The notes beneath the pieces were generated by a model, which saw only the letters and a list, made by a program, of their open reading frames with translations, was not told where the DNA came from and did not search any database. The position numbers and the translations under genes are program-made. Of a DNA stretch of 33,415 nucleotides, positions 1 to 7,718 are shown piece by piece (the first letter of the stretch is position 1; every line of letters begins with the position of its first letter). Source of the stretch: a virus (lineage: Duplodnaviria; Caudoviricetes); IMG/VR virus record IMGVR_UViG_3300023197_000203, positions 1-33,415 of that record. One strand, written 5' to 3'.

Positions 1-516
1 CTAATCCGAGTCCGGGCGAACTGCCTCGTAAGCATTCTGAAGTTCCTCGTCAACAGCTACAGCACGACGCTGCGTTTCATACCAAAGCTCTTCGCCTTCA
101 GAGACATCTTCCACGAGGGAGTGAAATTCCAACTCTTCCAGCATGCCTCGCCGTAGACCAGAGGTTTCATTATGGTACCGGTCGAAAACGTCAAACGGGG
201 GTATGACCTCTTCGTATCTTCCTGTGGGCTCTCCCCCCTCCTCCGCGATTCGGTATCTCTTGAGTCCATCACGTCTGACTTCATAAAGGTAATCGAAAAT
301 CGCACTCGTCATGACGTGTGCGGACGCCCTCTCAGCATCCGTGGGATCGTCGATATCAACCACAGAGAGAATCTTGGAGGCCATCTCTTCCTTCTCTCCA
401 CGTTTGATCTCCCAGTCGACGTGTTCAAGGACTTCGAGTATCTGACTGTCGCGCGAGAACAAGTATTCCATGAGCAACAAGCACATTTGAGCGGACTGTC
501 TGATTATGCAGTCCAT
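1..516 (-). CDS. hypothetical acidic protein
   Basis: 171-aa ORF with acidic composition like neighbouring genes; co-oriented and 18 bp downstream of the HTH gene; no recognisable motif. Confidence 0.6.
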   Translation of the reverse strand: MDCIIRQSAQMCLLLMEYLFSRDSQILEVLEHVDWEIKRGEKEEMASKILSVVDIDDPTDAERASAHVMTSAIFDYLYEVRRDGLKRYRIAEEGGEPTGRYEEVIPPFDVFDRYHNETSGLRRGMLEELEFHSLVEDVSEGEELWYETQRRAVAVDEELQNAYEAVRPDSD

Positions 517-534
517 GGTATGTGACCAAATCGG

Positions 535-783
535 TCACGTTCCATCCTCGCGGTCCTTCACGCTTTCTTCATCCACAGGATACGCGGGCGCATCAGGATT
601 GACTTCGATGCTGTAGAGTTCAGCGATACGCGCTAGCAGCCGGATGCGGCGAGATGAGGGACTGCCCAAGGCGTGGGAGACTGCCGACCGATCGACATCT
701 AGACGGTCAGCGATGGCGGTGTGGGAGTGTTCGCGTACGCTTTCGATACGCTGAGCGATTTCAGTCGGCGTTCTATATGGCAT
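535..783 (-). CDS. small HTH (Cro/XRE-like) DNA-binding protein
   Basis: SHTAIADRLDVDRSAVSHAL fits a helix-turn-helix pattern; 82 aa. Confidence 0.7.
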   Translation of the reverse strand: MPYRTPTEIAQRIESVREHSHTAIADRLDVDRSAVSHALGSPSSRRIRLLARIAELYSIEVNPDAPAYPVDEESVKDREDGT

Positions 784-914
784 AGATGCGTAGGATTACT
801 CATCGAGGCGGCGGATGAACCAACCCGATCAGTGTAGTTGCGTTTCCATCACCGACCATCCAGAATTCAACCTCTCTACCTGATAGAGGACTTCTCTCTG
901 ATCCCCATACAAAG

Positions 915-946
915 AAAAAGCGACGCAGTAGACGCGCCGCTTTTTT
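915..946 (-). terminator. intrinsic terminator (possibly bidirectional)
   Basis: aaaaagcgacgc-agtagac-gcgccgctttttt stem flanked by A and T tracts; the single mismatch becomes a G-U pair on the minus-strand RNA. Confidence 0.6.
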
Positions 947-1063
947 CCACAGATGTGGACTAAGCTGTATCGTCCGTGTCAGATTGTGCCTCCCATTCGT
1001 GGCATCTGCCGAAGGGGCCGGACTTTTCGCAAAAGCGCTGGAGCTCAGAGAGGATGGGCCCCA

Positions 1064-1087
1064 GGCCCGGGGATCGACCCCCGGGCC
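1064..1087 (-). terminator. GC-rich hairpin downstream of 1109-1525
   Basis: ggcccgggg-atcgac-ccccgggcc perfect 9-bp stem 21 bp after the stop codon; no clear U tract. Confidence 0.4.
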
Positions 1088-1108
1088 AGCCCGCTGGGAC
1101 TGTAGTTG

Positions 1109-1525
1109 TTATTGGGCTTCCTGGAGCTCGACTTGGGCGTCGATGCCTAAGTGGTCTCGGGCCGTAAACACTAGGGCGTAAGCCACGTCGCTAATGTCCC
1201 GAACCTGCTCAACGAGCTCTTTCCACCTGCCTTCGGAGATGTCGAAGCGCTGGGGTTTCGTGTCAGGGAGCCTCGCGGCGTCTTCGAGCTCCGCCGCTAC
1301 GTGAGTTGACTGATGGGCCTGGAAGGCGCTCATCTCCGAGTAGTCGCGGAGGACGGACGCGGCCCAACGGATCTCCTTCTCGTCCCAGCCCGCCTCTTTG
1401 AGAAACTGGAGCGCCTGGCTGTACACGTTCACGCGGTCTTGGACCGCTTGGCTCGCAAAGCGTGGAAGGTCGTAGCCTTCCAGCCGCTCAGCGATGTGCT
1501 CAGGTACTTCGATCTCGAAAGTCAT
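1109..1525 (-). CDS. hypothetical protein, possible N-terminal ribbon-helix-helix
   Basis: 138-aa ORF; N-terminus MTFEIEVPEHIAERL resembles the RHH strand-helix pattern (weak). Confidence 0.6.
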   Translation of the reverse strand: MTFEIEVPEHIAERLEGYDLPRFASQAVQDRVNVYSQALQFLKEAGWDEKEIRWAASVLRDYSEMSAFQAHQSTHVAAELEDAARLPDTKPQRFDISEGRWKELVEQVRDISDVAYALVFTARDHLGIDAQVELQEAQ

Positions 1526-1798
1526 GGGTAGGTTTCGGTTTGAGTGCGGTTAGATGACAGCGTCTTCTCAGTGTCATTATGTGGAGCCTCACATCGGCCT
1601 CCACTCGCACCGCACTGTTCATCCGGTCCAGCAAGAAGGCCCACTTGGTCCGGCTGAGGGGATCTATCTGGACCGGCTCGACGATGAGACTGGGCGCACA
1701 TCTCACATCTGATTCGATCTGAGGGCGTTTTGCGGCGCTGAGGCACGGTATCCCAGCTCGGCCCGGGGGAGCTCTCAGCAGACGAATCTTTTTGATCG

Positions 1799-4573
1799 CT
1801 ACCCAGCAAGATCGGGCCGCGCCGGTCGGTCTTCAGCGACACGCTCGGGAATTCCTCCCGGCGGACGAGCCGGCTGGCTTTCCTCGACAAAGCCCGGGCC
1901 GACCTCCTCTCTCGTATTACTGCCGGGACCAGCGTCAGACGAGCTTCTTGCAGTGCCGGTGGACCCGGCCGAGGCGGCTGATTCGCGACTCTCCCTCGAG
2001 CAGCTCTCCGCACCAGGCGCACTCTTTGCCGCTGTGCTGGTGCTCTTGCTCGTCTCGGCCGTCTCGCTTTCGGTTTCGCTCGTTTCGTTTTTTGCGCATG
2101 GTGTTTCCTCACTGTTGGGTTCGGGGAGTTCAGGGGGTTCGATGGATTCGACTTCGAAGAAGGCGGGCATTGGATCGTCCTTGCCCGCGAAGTTTGCAAG
2201 CTCTTTGCACCGCTTCTGGAGGCGCTCGTTCAGGTCCTTGGTCCGGGCCCGCTTGCTTCGCATGCGGACGTAGGCGCCGTCATGGAGCCACAGCGCGACG
2301 TTGAAACGGTTTCGGCTTTTCTCCTGCTCCCCGTCCCGCTCCATCTCCAAGATGACCTGCATGGCGCTCTGCTCGTAGGACTGGGCGAGCGTGGCCATGG
2401 CTGAGCGGGGGTCAACGCCATCGCCGTCGGCATCCATCTCCTGCTCGATCTCGATGCGGATACCGGTGGGGCCGACGAGTACGTCGCCGACCTCCATCTC
2501 AGCGAGTTTCGCATCCCGTTTACGGAGGAGCTCCGCGATGATGGGATGGCCGCGGAAGTGCTCGCCCGCTTCCTCGCCTAAGATGTCCTTCAGGTCTCTC
2601 GTCACCTGGGCCTGGATGGAGGGGGCGTGCATGCCGTAGACCGCGGAGTACACGGCACGTTTGAGGGCTGCCTTCACGGTTTCGTACAGCTCGTCTTCGG
2701 GTTCCGGGGGCTCTCCGTCAAAGAACTCCTCGTAGTGGTCCTGGATTAGGTCATCCCAGATGCTATAGTCATCATCGGCGAGCTTTTCCATCGCCTCGTC
2801 GGCGCCCCAGAGCCACGCGGCGATGAGGAGATGGGCACTCTTCAGATCCACCTCCACGAAATCCTGGCAGAGGATGGCACGGACCTCAGATGGGAGATCC
2901 AGGACCCCGCGATTGAAGCCGAAGACGCGATCGGTACGGCCGGTCGAAGAGAAGGTGTAAAAGGGTTGGTGCTGGTCCTCGATGGCGTGTAAGGCCAGGA
3001 AGTACTTCCGACGCTCGGTCCGCTTCTGCTCCCGCTTCCGCTGCTCCCACTCGACCCAGCTCTCGCCTTCCTTCTTGCTGATGTCGGGGTCGATGTCCAC
3101 ACGTCGAACATACTGGTAGGCCTTGTCGATGTGGCTCTGCATCTTCGATGTGAGATTGGAGGAGCGGAGGTCCTTCCCACACCCGAAGTTCAGCATCTCA
3201 AAGGTCTTCTGCGCGCCCACAGACGGCGCGTTGTGCCGATCCTCCTGCAACCCCTCCGCGATGTCCTCGCGCCTCTGCGTGACCCTTTTATCCGTGTACG
3301 GCTTGCCGCTCAGAATATAGACGCGATTGCCATACGCCGAGGCCGACGTTTCCAGATCCTGGTCCACGACGCTGCGTAGCTCCCGCGGTAGCCCGTCATC
3401 CTCGATGAGACGGCAACGCCGGTTGGGGATGTGTGGCAGGATCTCGATGTCGAGATGTCCGCGCAGGTGCTCCAGCACCTCCTGCCCCGTGTCCGCCTCG
3501 CCGCGGGCCATCCACAGCAGCGCGTCATTCGGGAGGACGCGGAGACCGGTGTGCTCATCGTACCAGCTCGTCCACTCGCAAAAGACGCACCAGCGGAAGA
3601 GCACCTCGTCCTCGCGGGCCGCGGGGACGTGTCCGTAGATGGCTTCGCGGGTGGCGTTCTCGCAAGTGCGGCGGCGGAGGGAGCTTGGCTTCCAAGCTCG
3701 CTCGTCGGAAAGTTGTCCACTATTTTCAGTCGACTGATCCGATTGTTGGCCGCTATCTCTGGAAAGTTGTCCACTATTTTCGCTGCCGGAATCGGTGTCT
3801 GCGGCCGCTGAGCGGGTGTTTTTGAGCAGCAGATCGGCATCTGCGGCGGCTGAGCGGTCGTTTTCGCCGCCTCCGATCCACTCGAGATCGCCCCCGAAAT
3901 GGTCGGATTGAAAATCCATATGGGGGAAGAGGACGGGGGGTGGTGCCACCTCCCCACCTTCCCAGTAGGTTTCCAGGGGGCTTGGGTTTGGAGAGGTTAG
4001 GGAGTCGGCGACGCTCCCGAAAGCGGCGAGCGGCAGACCAGTGGACAACTCGCCGGCCAGGAGCAGAGCCAGTTGGCCCTTATGATCTCTTCGATGGACG
4101 CCCCGCGCCACAGTTCTCTCTCGTTCCATCACCACCTTCGTCAGCCAAGCCAACATCTCCGCAGAGAATCCAAGCTCCGCAGCGACCTCGCGGGCACCGA
4201 GCACGTCGAAGCTGAGCTCATACTGTGTCCGGGAAGGGCAGCGAGGACCGTCCGGTGTGCGGATCGGCTGAGGTGGAGACGAGGAGAGGAGGCGTGTGTC
4301 GGAGAGCTCGCTCACGCCCAGTTGCTCCACCTCGCTACTCATCTCGAGCGTGGAGTAGATCTCGCTGGCAGATGGATCCTCATCGAAAAGGTTGGCGACG
4401 ACGAAGACAAGCTCCACGTAGGCGCCCGGGCTAACCTCGACTTGATCGGCCGTCCGCCATGCCGTCACGAGTGTGCTGGCGAGGGGGTCCTCGAGACGAT
4501 CCACATCATAGCCATGTGGTAGAGTCGGATCATCTCCGCTCCGAGCTATTTTATTCAGTGCTCGACTTTCCAT
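1799..4573 (-). CDS. large replication protein with a C-terminal family-A (PolA/TV-Pol-like) polymerase domain
   Basis: Ordered motifs SSTGR (~2940), motif A VEVDLKSAHLLIAA (~2820-2860), motif B LKRAVYSAVYG (~2635-2665), motif C LWLHDG (~2276-2293); no recognisable exonuclease motifs; ATG at 4573 preferred over the GTG at 4675. Confidence 0.75.
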   Translation of the reverse strand: MESRALNKIARSGDDPTLPHGYDVDRLEDPLASTLVTAWRTADQVEVSPGAYVELVFVVANLFDEDPSASEIYSTLEMSSEVEQLGVSELSDTRLLSSSPPQPIRTPDGPRCPSRTQYELSFDVLGAREVAAELGFSAEMLAWLTKVVMERERTVARGVHRRDHKGQLALLLAGELSTGLPLAAFGSVADSLTSPNPSPLETYWEGGEVAPPPVLFPHMDFQSDHFGGDLEWIGGGENDRSAAADADLLLKNTRSAAADTDSGSENSGQLSRDSGQQSDQSTENSGQLSDERAWKPSSLRRRTCENATREAIYGHVPAAREDEVLFRWCVFCEWTSWYDEHTGLRVLPNDALLWMARGEADTGQEVLEHLRGHLDIEILPHIPNRRCRLIEDDGLPRELRSVVDQDLETSASAYGNRVYILSGKPYTDKRVTQRREDIAEGLQEDRHNAPSVGAQKTFEMLNFGCGKDLRSSNLTSKMQSHIDKAYQYVRRVDIDPDISKKEGESWVEWEQRKREQKRTERRKYFLALHAIEDQHQPFYTFSSTGRTDRVFGFNRGVLDLPSEVRAILCQDFVEVDLKSAHLLIAAWLWGADEAMEKLADDDYSIWDDLIQDHYEEFFDGEPPEPEDELYETVKAALKRAVYSAVYGMHAPSIQAQVTRDLKDILGEEAGEHFRGHPIIAELLRKRDAKLAEMEVGDVLVGPTGIRIEIEQEMDADGDGVDPRSAMATLAQSYEQSAMQVILEMERDGEQEKSRNRFNVALWLHDGAYVRMRSKRARTKDLNERLQKRCKELANFAGKDDPMPAFFEVESIEPPELPEPNSEETPCAKNETSETESETAETSKSTSTAAKSAPGAESCSRESRESAASAGSTGTARSSSDAGPGSNTREEVGPGFVEESQPARPPGGIPERVAEDRPARPDLAG
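1935..2099 (-). CDS. putative 54-aa zinc-finger protein overlapping the polymerase C-terminal tail in another frame
   Basis: Hand-translated MRKKRNERNRKRDGRDEQEHQHSGKECAWCGELLEGESRISRLGRVHRHCKKLV*; CxxC...HxxC; GAGGA 6 nt upstream of the ATG. Confidence 0.55.
   Translation of the reverse strand: MRKKRNERNRKRDGRDEQEHQHSGKECAWCGELLEGESRISRLGRVHRHCKKLV
3681..3857. repeat. iteron-like repeat cluster inside the polymerase gene (candidate origin)
   Basis: ggaaagttgtccactattttc at 3707-3727 and 3761-3781; tctgcggc(c/g)gctgagcgg at 3798-3815 and 3840-3857; hairpin gagcttgg-ctt-ccaagctc at 3681-3699. Confidence 0.6.
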
Positions 4574-4641
4574 GGGTTCTGTTCTGTCTCTTGTGGTCGG
4601 GCCGGCCGTCCTAGCGGCCGACTTGCAGGTATCGAAGGTCT

Positions 4642-4674
4642 TGCCCCCAGCGCGGTAGCAGCCGCCTGGGGGCA
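4642..4674 (-). promoter_or_regulatory. stable hairpin in the leader of the polymerase gene
   Basis: tgcccccag-c-gcgg-tagcag-ccgc-ctgggggca inverted repeat between the HTH gene and the polymerase ATG. Confidence 0.35.
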
Positions 4675-4722
4675 CTTTCTACGATGCTCGTGGTCTTTTC
4701 CCCTCCCCGCTTCCTTTCCGGA

Positions 4723-4941
4723 TCATCCTGGCCGCTCCTGCTCGCGTCGAACGAGCGCTTCCATCGCCAGCAGATCCATCACTGTCACCTCAGCGTCGTC
4801 GCGCAGCTTTTGTCCTAAATACGCCTGGGAACGGCCGAGCGCCTCGCTGATCTCGCGCTGGCTCCGGGCCGGGATCTGACGTCGGAGTTTTTCTAGGTGC
4901 ATCCGTCGGCTCCGCTGGTCCATCTCGTCGTAGGGGGTCAT
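4723..4941 (-). CDS. Cro/XRE-like HTH regulator
   Basis: SQREISEALGRSQAYLGQKLR is an HTH pattern; first gene of the leftward arm. Confidence 0.75.
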   Translation of the reverse strand: MTPYDEMDQRSRRMHLEKLRRQIPARSQREISEALGRSQAYLGQKLRDDAEVTVMDLLAMEALVRREQERPG

Positions 4942-4980
4942 AACAAGGAAGGAGTCTTTCGGTGAGGATCAGTGGTCCTA

Positions 4981-4999
4981 ACGGATAATTATTATCCGT
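4981..4999. promoter_or_regulatory. palindromic operator in the divergent promoter region
   Basis: acggataat-t-attatccgt perfect 9-1-9 AT-rich inverted repeat 40 bp upstream of the HTH gene. Confidence 0.65.
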
Positions 5000-5154
5000 G
5001 TTTCAGGTCACGCCCGCGCACGCGCTAATCCTCTTATAGGGTCCGCGGAGACGCCGGTCAGAGAGGCTGGAAAGCCAGCCGGCCCCGGCGACGCCTTCCC
5101 GCATAGTAGAGGTTGAAGCGAGACACTAATCACGTGAGATAGGGGCCACGACCA

Positions 5155-5862
5155 GTGGCCACGAAGACAGACGACCCCCGCATCCGCGCGATCGAGAAAT
5201 CGGCAGTTTACGGCCTCTTCCACAACGGCCTACTCATCTACATCGGCGCTACCAGGCTGGACTTAAAGCGCCGATTGAACCTTCACGCAGTGGCCGCACG
5301 GGTCGGGCAAAAACATCTTCCCGTCTCCGAGCACATCCGAGAACACGTCGCCGACGAGCGGGAGGAGCTTCAGATCCGTGAGCTCGACTTCGACTCGGAA
5401 GAGGAAGCGCTGAAAGAGCTCGGTAGTAGCACACTCAACATTCGCCGAGGTGGGGGCGGAGTCAGCGAAGAAGACCTCTACGACTGGAGTCCCGCGGAGC
5501 TCGACGTCCTGGAGGAGAAGGGGCCGACAAAGGCTTCCGAAACGCTCGATGCCTCCTACACAGACTGCTGCGTCGCTGCGAGAAAACTGGAGATCGGCGA
5601 GACCCGCTCCCAACACCTCTCCGACACGGCCGTCAGGAAGATCTGGACGCAGTATCATCTCGACGAGGAGCAGACGTACGCGGAAGTCGCCAAGAAGGTG
5701 ACAGCCGATGTGAGTGGCCGACAGGTCGGCGGGATCGTGCGGGAGGACAACTATCAGCACGTGCCCAAACCCTCGAAGACCGCCATCGAGGCCGCAGAGG
5801 CCTATGACGACATCGTCCGCGAGGAGGCCGCTGTGGGCGTCAAAAAGATAGGAGCGCGGTAA
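5155..5862 (+). CDS. GIY-YIG endonuclease with C-terminal HTH-like DNA-binding region
   Basis: AVYGL...IYIGAT...LKRRLNLH is the GIY-YIG signature with its conserved Arg/His; C-terminal LSDTAVRKIW...YAEVAKKV...VSGRQVGGI is HTH-like. Confidence 0.8.
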   Translation: MATKTDDPRIRAIEKSAVYGLFHNGLLIYIGATRLDLKRRLNLHAVAARVGQKHLPVSEHIREHVADEREELQIRELDFDSEEEALKELGSSTLNIRRGGGGVSEEDLYDWSPAELDVLEEKGPTKASETLDASYTDCCVAARKLEIGETRSQHLSDTAVRKIWTQYHLDEEQTYAEVAKKVTADVSGRQVGGIVREDNYQHVPKPSKTAIEAAEAYDDIVREEAAVGVKKIGAR

Positions 5863-6038
5863 TGGACACACTACTCTACCTGGTCACACGCGCTTGCATG
5901 GCTGTCGTCGCGCTTATATGCCTCGATACGCTCGCAGGCACGACTCATGCTGTCCAGCCCGTGAGCATCACCGCCGCGGCAGGGCTGATCATCATCGCCG
6001 ACGTGATCGCCTACAGCAACAATGGGACAAGTCCATGA
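5862..6038 (+). CDS. small membrane protein (58 aa)
   Basis: Hand-translated MDTLLYLVTRACMAVVALICLDTLAGTTHAVQPVSITAAAGLIIIADVIAYSNNGTSP; TAATG and ATGA coupling to both neighbours; two hydrophobic stretches. Confidence 0.6.
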   Translation: MDTLLYLVTRACMAVVALICLDTLAGTTHAVQPVSITAAAGLIIIADVIAYSNNGTSP

Positions 6039-6334
6039 TCGACAAGCTTCGCAGCATCCGCGACCGGATCTCGGACGTCTTCACCTCCTCCATCAACAAG
6101 CTGGAGCCTGATGCTCGCTCCGCTCCCGCTCCCCGGGAGGAACGGGCCGCCAACCAGCGTAAAGAACTCGAAAAGCTGACGGGGGAGGTCCGTCAGACTC
6201 ACGAGCAGCTTCAGCAAATGCTCGAAGAGATACACGACCTCCTCGATGAGGACGAGGACGAGGTGTATTACCAGAGCTTCGGGTACTTCGTCGACGACCT
6301 CAAGATAGATGAGGACCTCAGCAGTGAGACCTGA
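6035..6334 (+). CDS. hypothetical coiled-coil protein
   Basis: ATGA overlap with the upstream gene; heptad-like segment ELEKLTGEVRQTHEQLQQMLEEIHDLL. Confidence 0.65.
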   Translation: MIDKLRSIRDRISDVFTSSINKLEPDARSAPAPREERAANQRKELEKLTGEVRQTHEQLQQMLEEIHDLLDEDEDEVYYQSFGYFVDDLKIDEDLSSET

Positions 6335-6575
6335 CAAAAGCCTCATCGAAGACGAGGCGAGGGAGGAAGTCAAAGATGCCCTCGCCTCCTACCCCACATC
6401 CAGACATGTCCTCCTCTACGCAGCCTTCGACCTCCTCCAGAACCATCCTGACGTCGACCACGGCTGGAATGCCTTGCAGGAGAGATCGAACCTCCCTTCC
6501 GAGAAACTGGCGGACGTTCTCATCAGAGTCGACGAGCACCTCAACGCCAGAATTGAGGAGTACATGCATGAATGA
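6324..6575 (+). CDS. hypothetical protein
   Basis: GTG start overlapping the upstream stop region; acidic composition; overlaps the next start. Confidence 0.6.
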   Translation: MRPDKSLIEDEAREEVKDALASYPTSRHVLLYAAFDLLQNHPDVDHGWNALQERSNLPSEKLADVLIRVDEHLNARIEEYMHE

Positions 6576-7092
6576 CCTAATCAGCAAACTCGAAGACTGG
6601 CAGCGCCGCGCCCAGCAGATCGCCGACGCAGCCGATTCGGCCGGCACGAAAAAGGCTGTGCAGGAGACAGAAATGAGAGAGGAGGAGCAACGGGCGGCCC
6701 AGCGGCTCTTCGCCTCCTGCCACGAGATAATTGAGGAGGTGTGCCGCTACGTTCTCCGCAACGAGCAATCAGGCGAGGAGACGCCCTCGATCGAGTTCGA
6801 AGGGCTGCTGCATCAGTCGTACTTGCATTTCCTTAGAAGCCTCGTCCGCTACGATCCCGATCGGGGCGAACTCGAGCCCTACCTGAGACACGCAATGGGC
6901 GCCCGTCTCAAGGCCTACGTGCAGTCCAAGTCGACTCACCGCGACCACCGGGACGAAGAAGAGAAAGAGGCCGTCCCCAGCACCACGAGCTTTCGCCGAT
7001 TCGACATTATAGCGATTGTAGCCGAGTTGATCGAAGACGGTCGGCTGGGCGCAGAGGAAGAAGGGTGGGACGGGCTCACCGAGGTTCCCTAA
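6568..7092 (+). CDS. sigma70 region 2-like transcription factor
   Basis: EFEGLLHQSYLHFLRSLVRYDPDRGELEPYL matches sigma region 2.2-2.3 (eDL.Qeg..gL..Av.rfDp.rG.f.tY); no clear region 4. Confidence 0.7.
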   Translation: MNDLISKLEDWQRRAQQIADAADSAGTKKAVQETEMREEEQRAAQRLFASCHEIIEEVCRYVLRNEQSGEETPSIEFEGLLHQSYLHFLRSLVRYDPDRGELEPYLRHAMGARLKAYVQSKSTHRDHRDEEEKEAVPSTTSFRRFDIIAIVAELIEDGRLGAEEEGWDGLTEVP

Positions 7093-7103
7093 CCCACGGT
7101 CGC

Positions 7104-7137
7104 TTTATTGACACGACGAGGGCACATCGCACTTCTC
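7104..7137 (+). promoter_or_regulatory. putative late promoter, copy 1
   Basis: tttattgacacgacgagggcacatcgcacttctc; 27/34 identical, ungapped, to 10858-10891. Confidence 0.65.
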
Positions 7138-7226
7138 GCAGGCGCCGCGCCCTCCACCTCTCCCCAGCCCTTCAAAGGCTGGGGCGCCTGCATTTCCACT
7201 TGCTCTGCAAAAGCTTCGCTCCCGCC

Positions 7227-7565
7227 ATGATCGAAGTCGAGAACAGCCAACTTCTTGCCTCGCAAGACGCGCTCCAGACGCTGGCTCAGAAGCCGCTGAG
7301 CGGCGTCTACTCACTCCGACTCCGCGACATCCTCGACCATGTGGAGCAACGGCTGGGCCGCCTCCAGGAGGTGCAGCAGGACCTGCAGGAGCGGGAGGAT
7401 CTCTCCCCAGAAGAGGCAGATGAGGAATGGCGAATGGTCCTCGAAGACACGCTCGAAATCGACAAGGAGCCGCTTCCGGAAAAGGCGATCGAAGGCATCG
7501 AGATCAGCGCAGGCAAGCTGGTGGCGCTTGATTGGCTGATCGCAGATGAGGGCGGGCACCAATGA
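7227..7565 (+). CDS. hypothetical phage protein
   Basis: 112-aa acidic ORF from ATG 7227; first gene after the putative late promoter. Confidence 0.65.
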   Translation: MIEVENSQLLASQDALQTLAQKPLSGVYSLRLRDILDHVEQRLGRLQEVQQDLQEREDLSPEEADEEWRMVLEDTLEIDKEPLPEKAIEGIEISAGKLVALDWLIADEGGHQ

Positions 7566-7708
7566 TTTCGTTCACCGACCTCGACCGACGGAGCGGCTGG
7601 GCGCAGAAGCGTTTTATCTACCGCTTCCCACCCGGTGGCGGCCAGCGCAAAGTGGAGGTTCGGTACCGCCAGCGGTCGAGCGTCGAATGGGTTTGCTTCT
7701 TGAACTGA
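7562..7708 (+). CDS. small hypothetical protein (48 aa)
   Basis: ATGA overlap; MISFTDLDRRSGWAQKRFIYRFPPGGGQRKVEVRYRQRSSVEWVCFLN fills the gap before TerS. Confidence 0.45.
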   Translation: MISFTDLDRRSGWAQKRFIYRFPPGGGQRKVEVRYRQRSSVEWVCFLN

Positions 7709-7718
7709 GGACTCCCTG

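Noticed and set aside
1522-2304. ORFs 1522-2199 (-) and 1792-2304 (+) as real genes
   Set aside because: Arg/Pro/Ser-rich shadow frames unlike the acidic proteome; overlapped by better-supported ORFs
3707-3781. Mini CRISPR array (21-bp repeats with a 33-bp spacer)
   Set aside because: Only two short repeats, inside an open reading frame, with no leader or cas genes
1799-4573. T7-like single-subunit RNA polymerase
   Set aside because: Lacks the DGSCSGxQH motif A and HDS motif C of that family; motifs are closer to PolA/TV-Pol, although RNA-synthesis activity is not excluded
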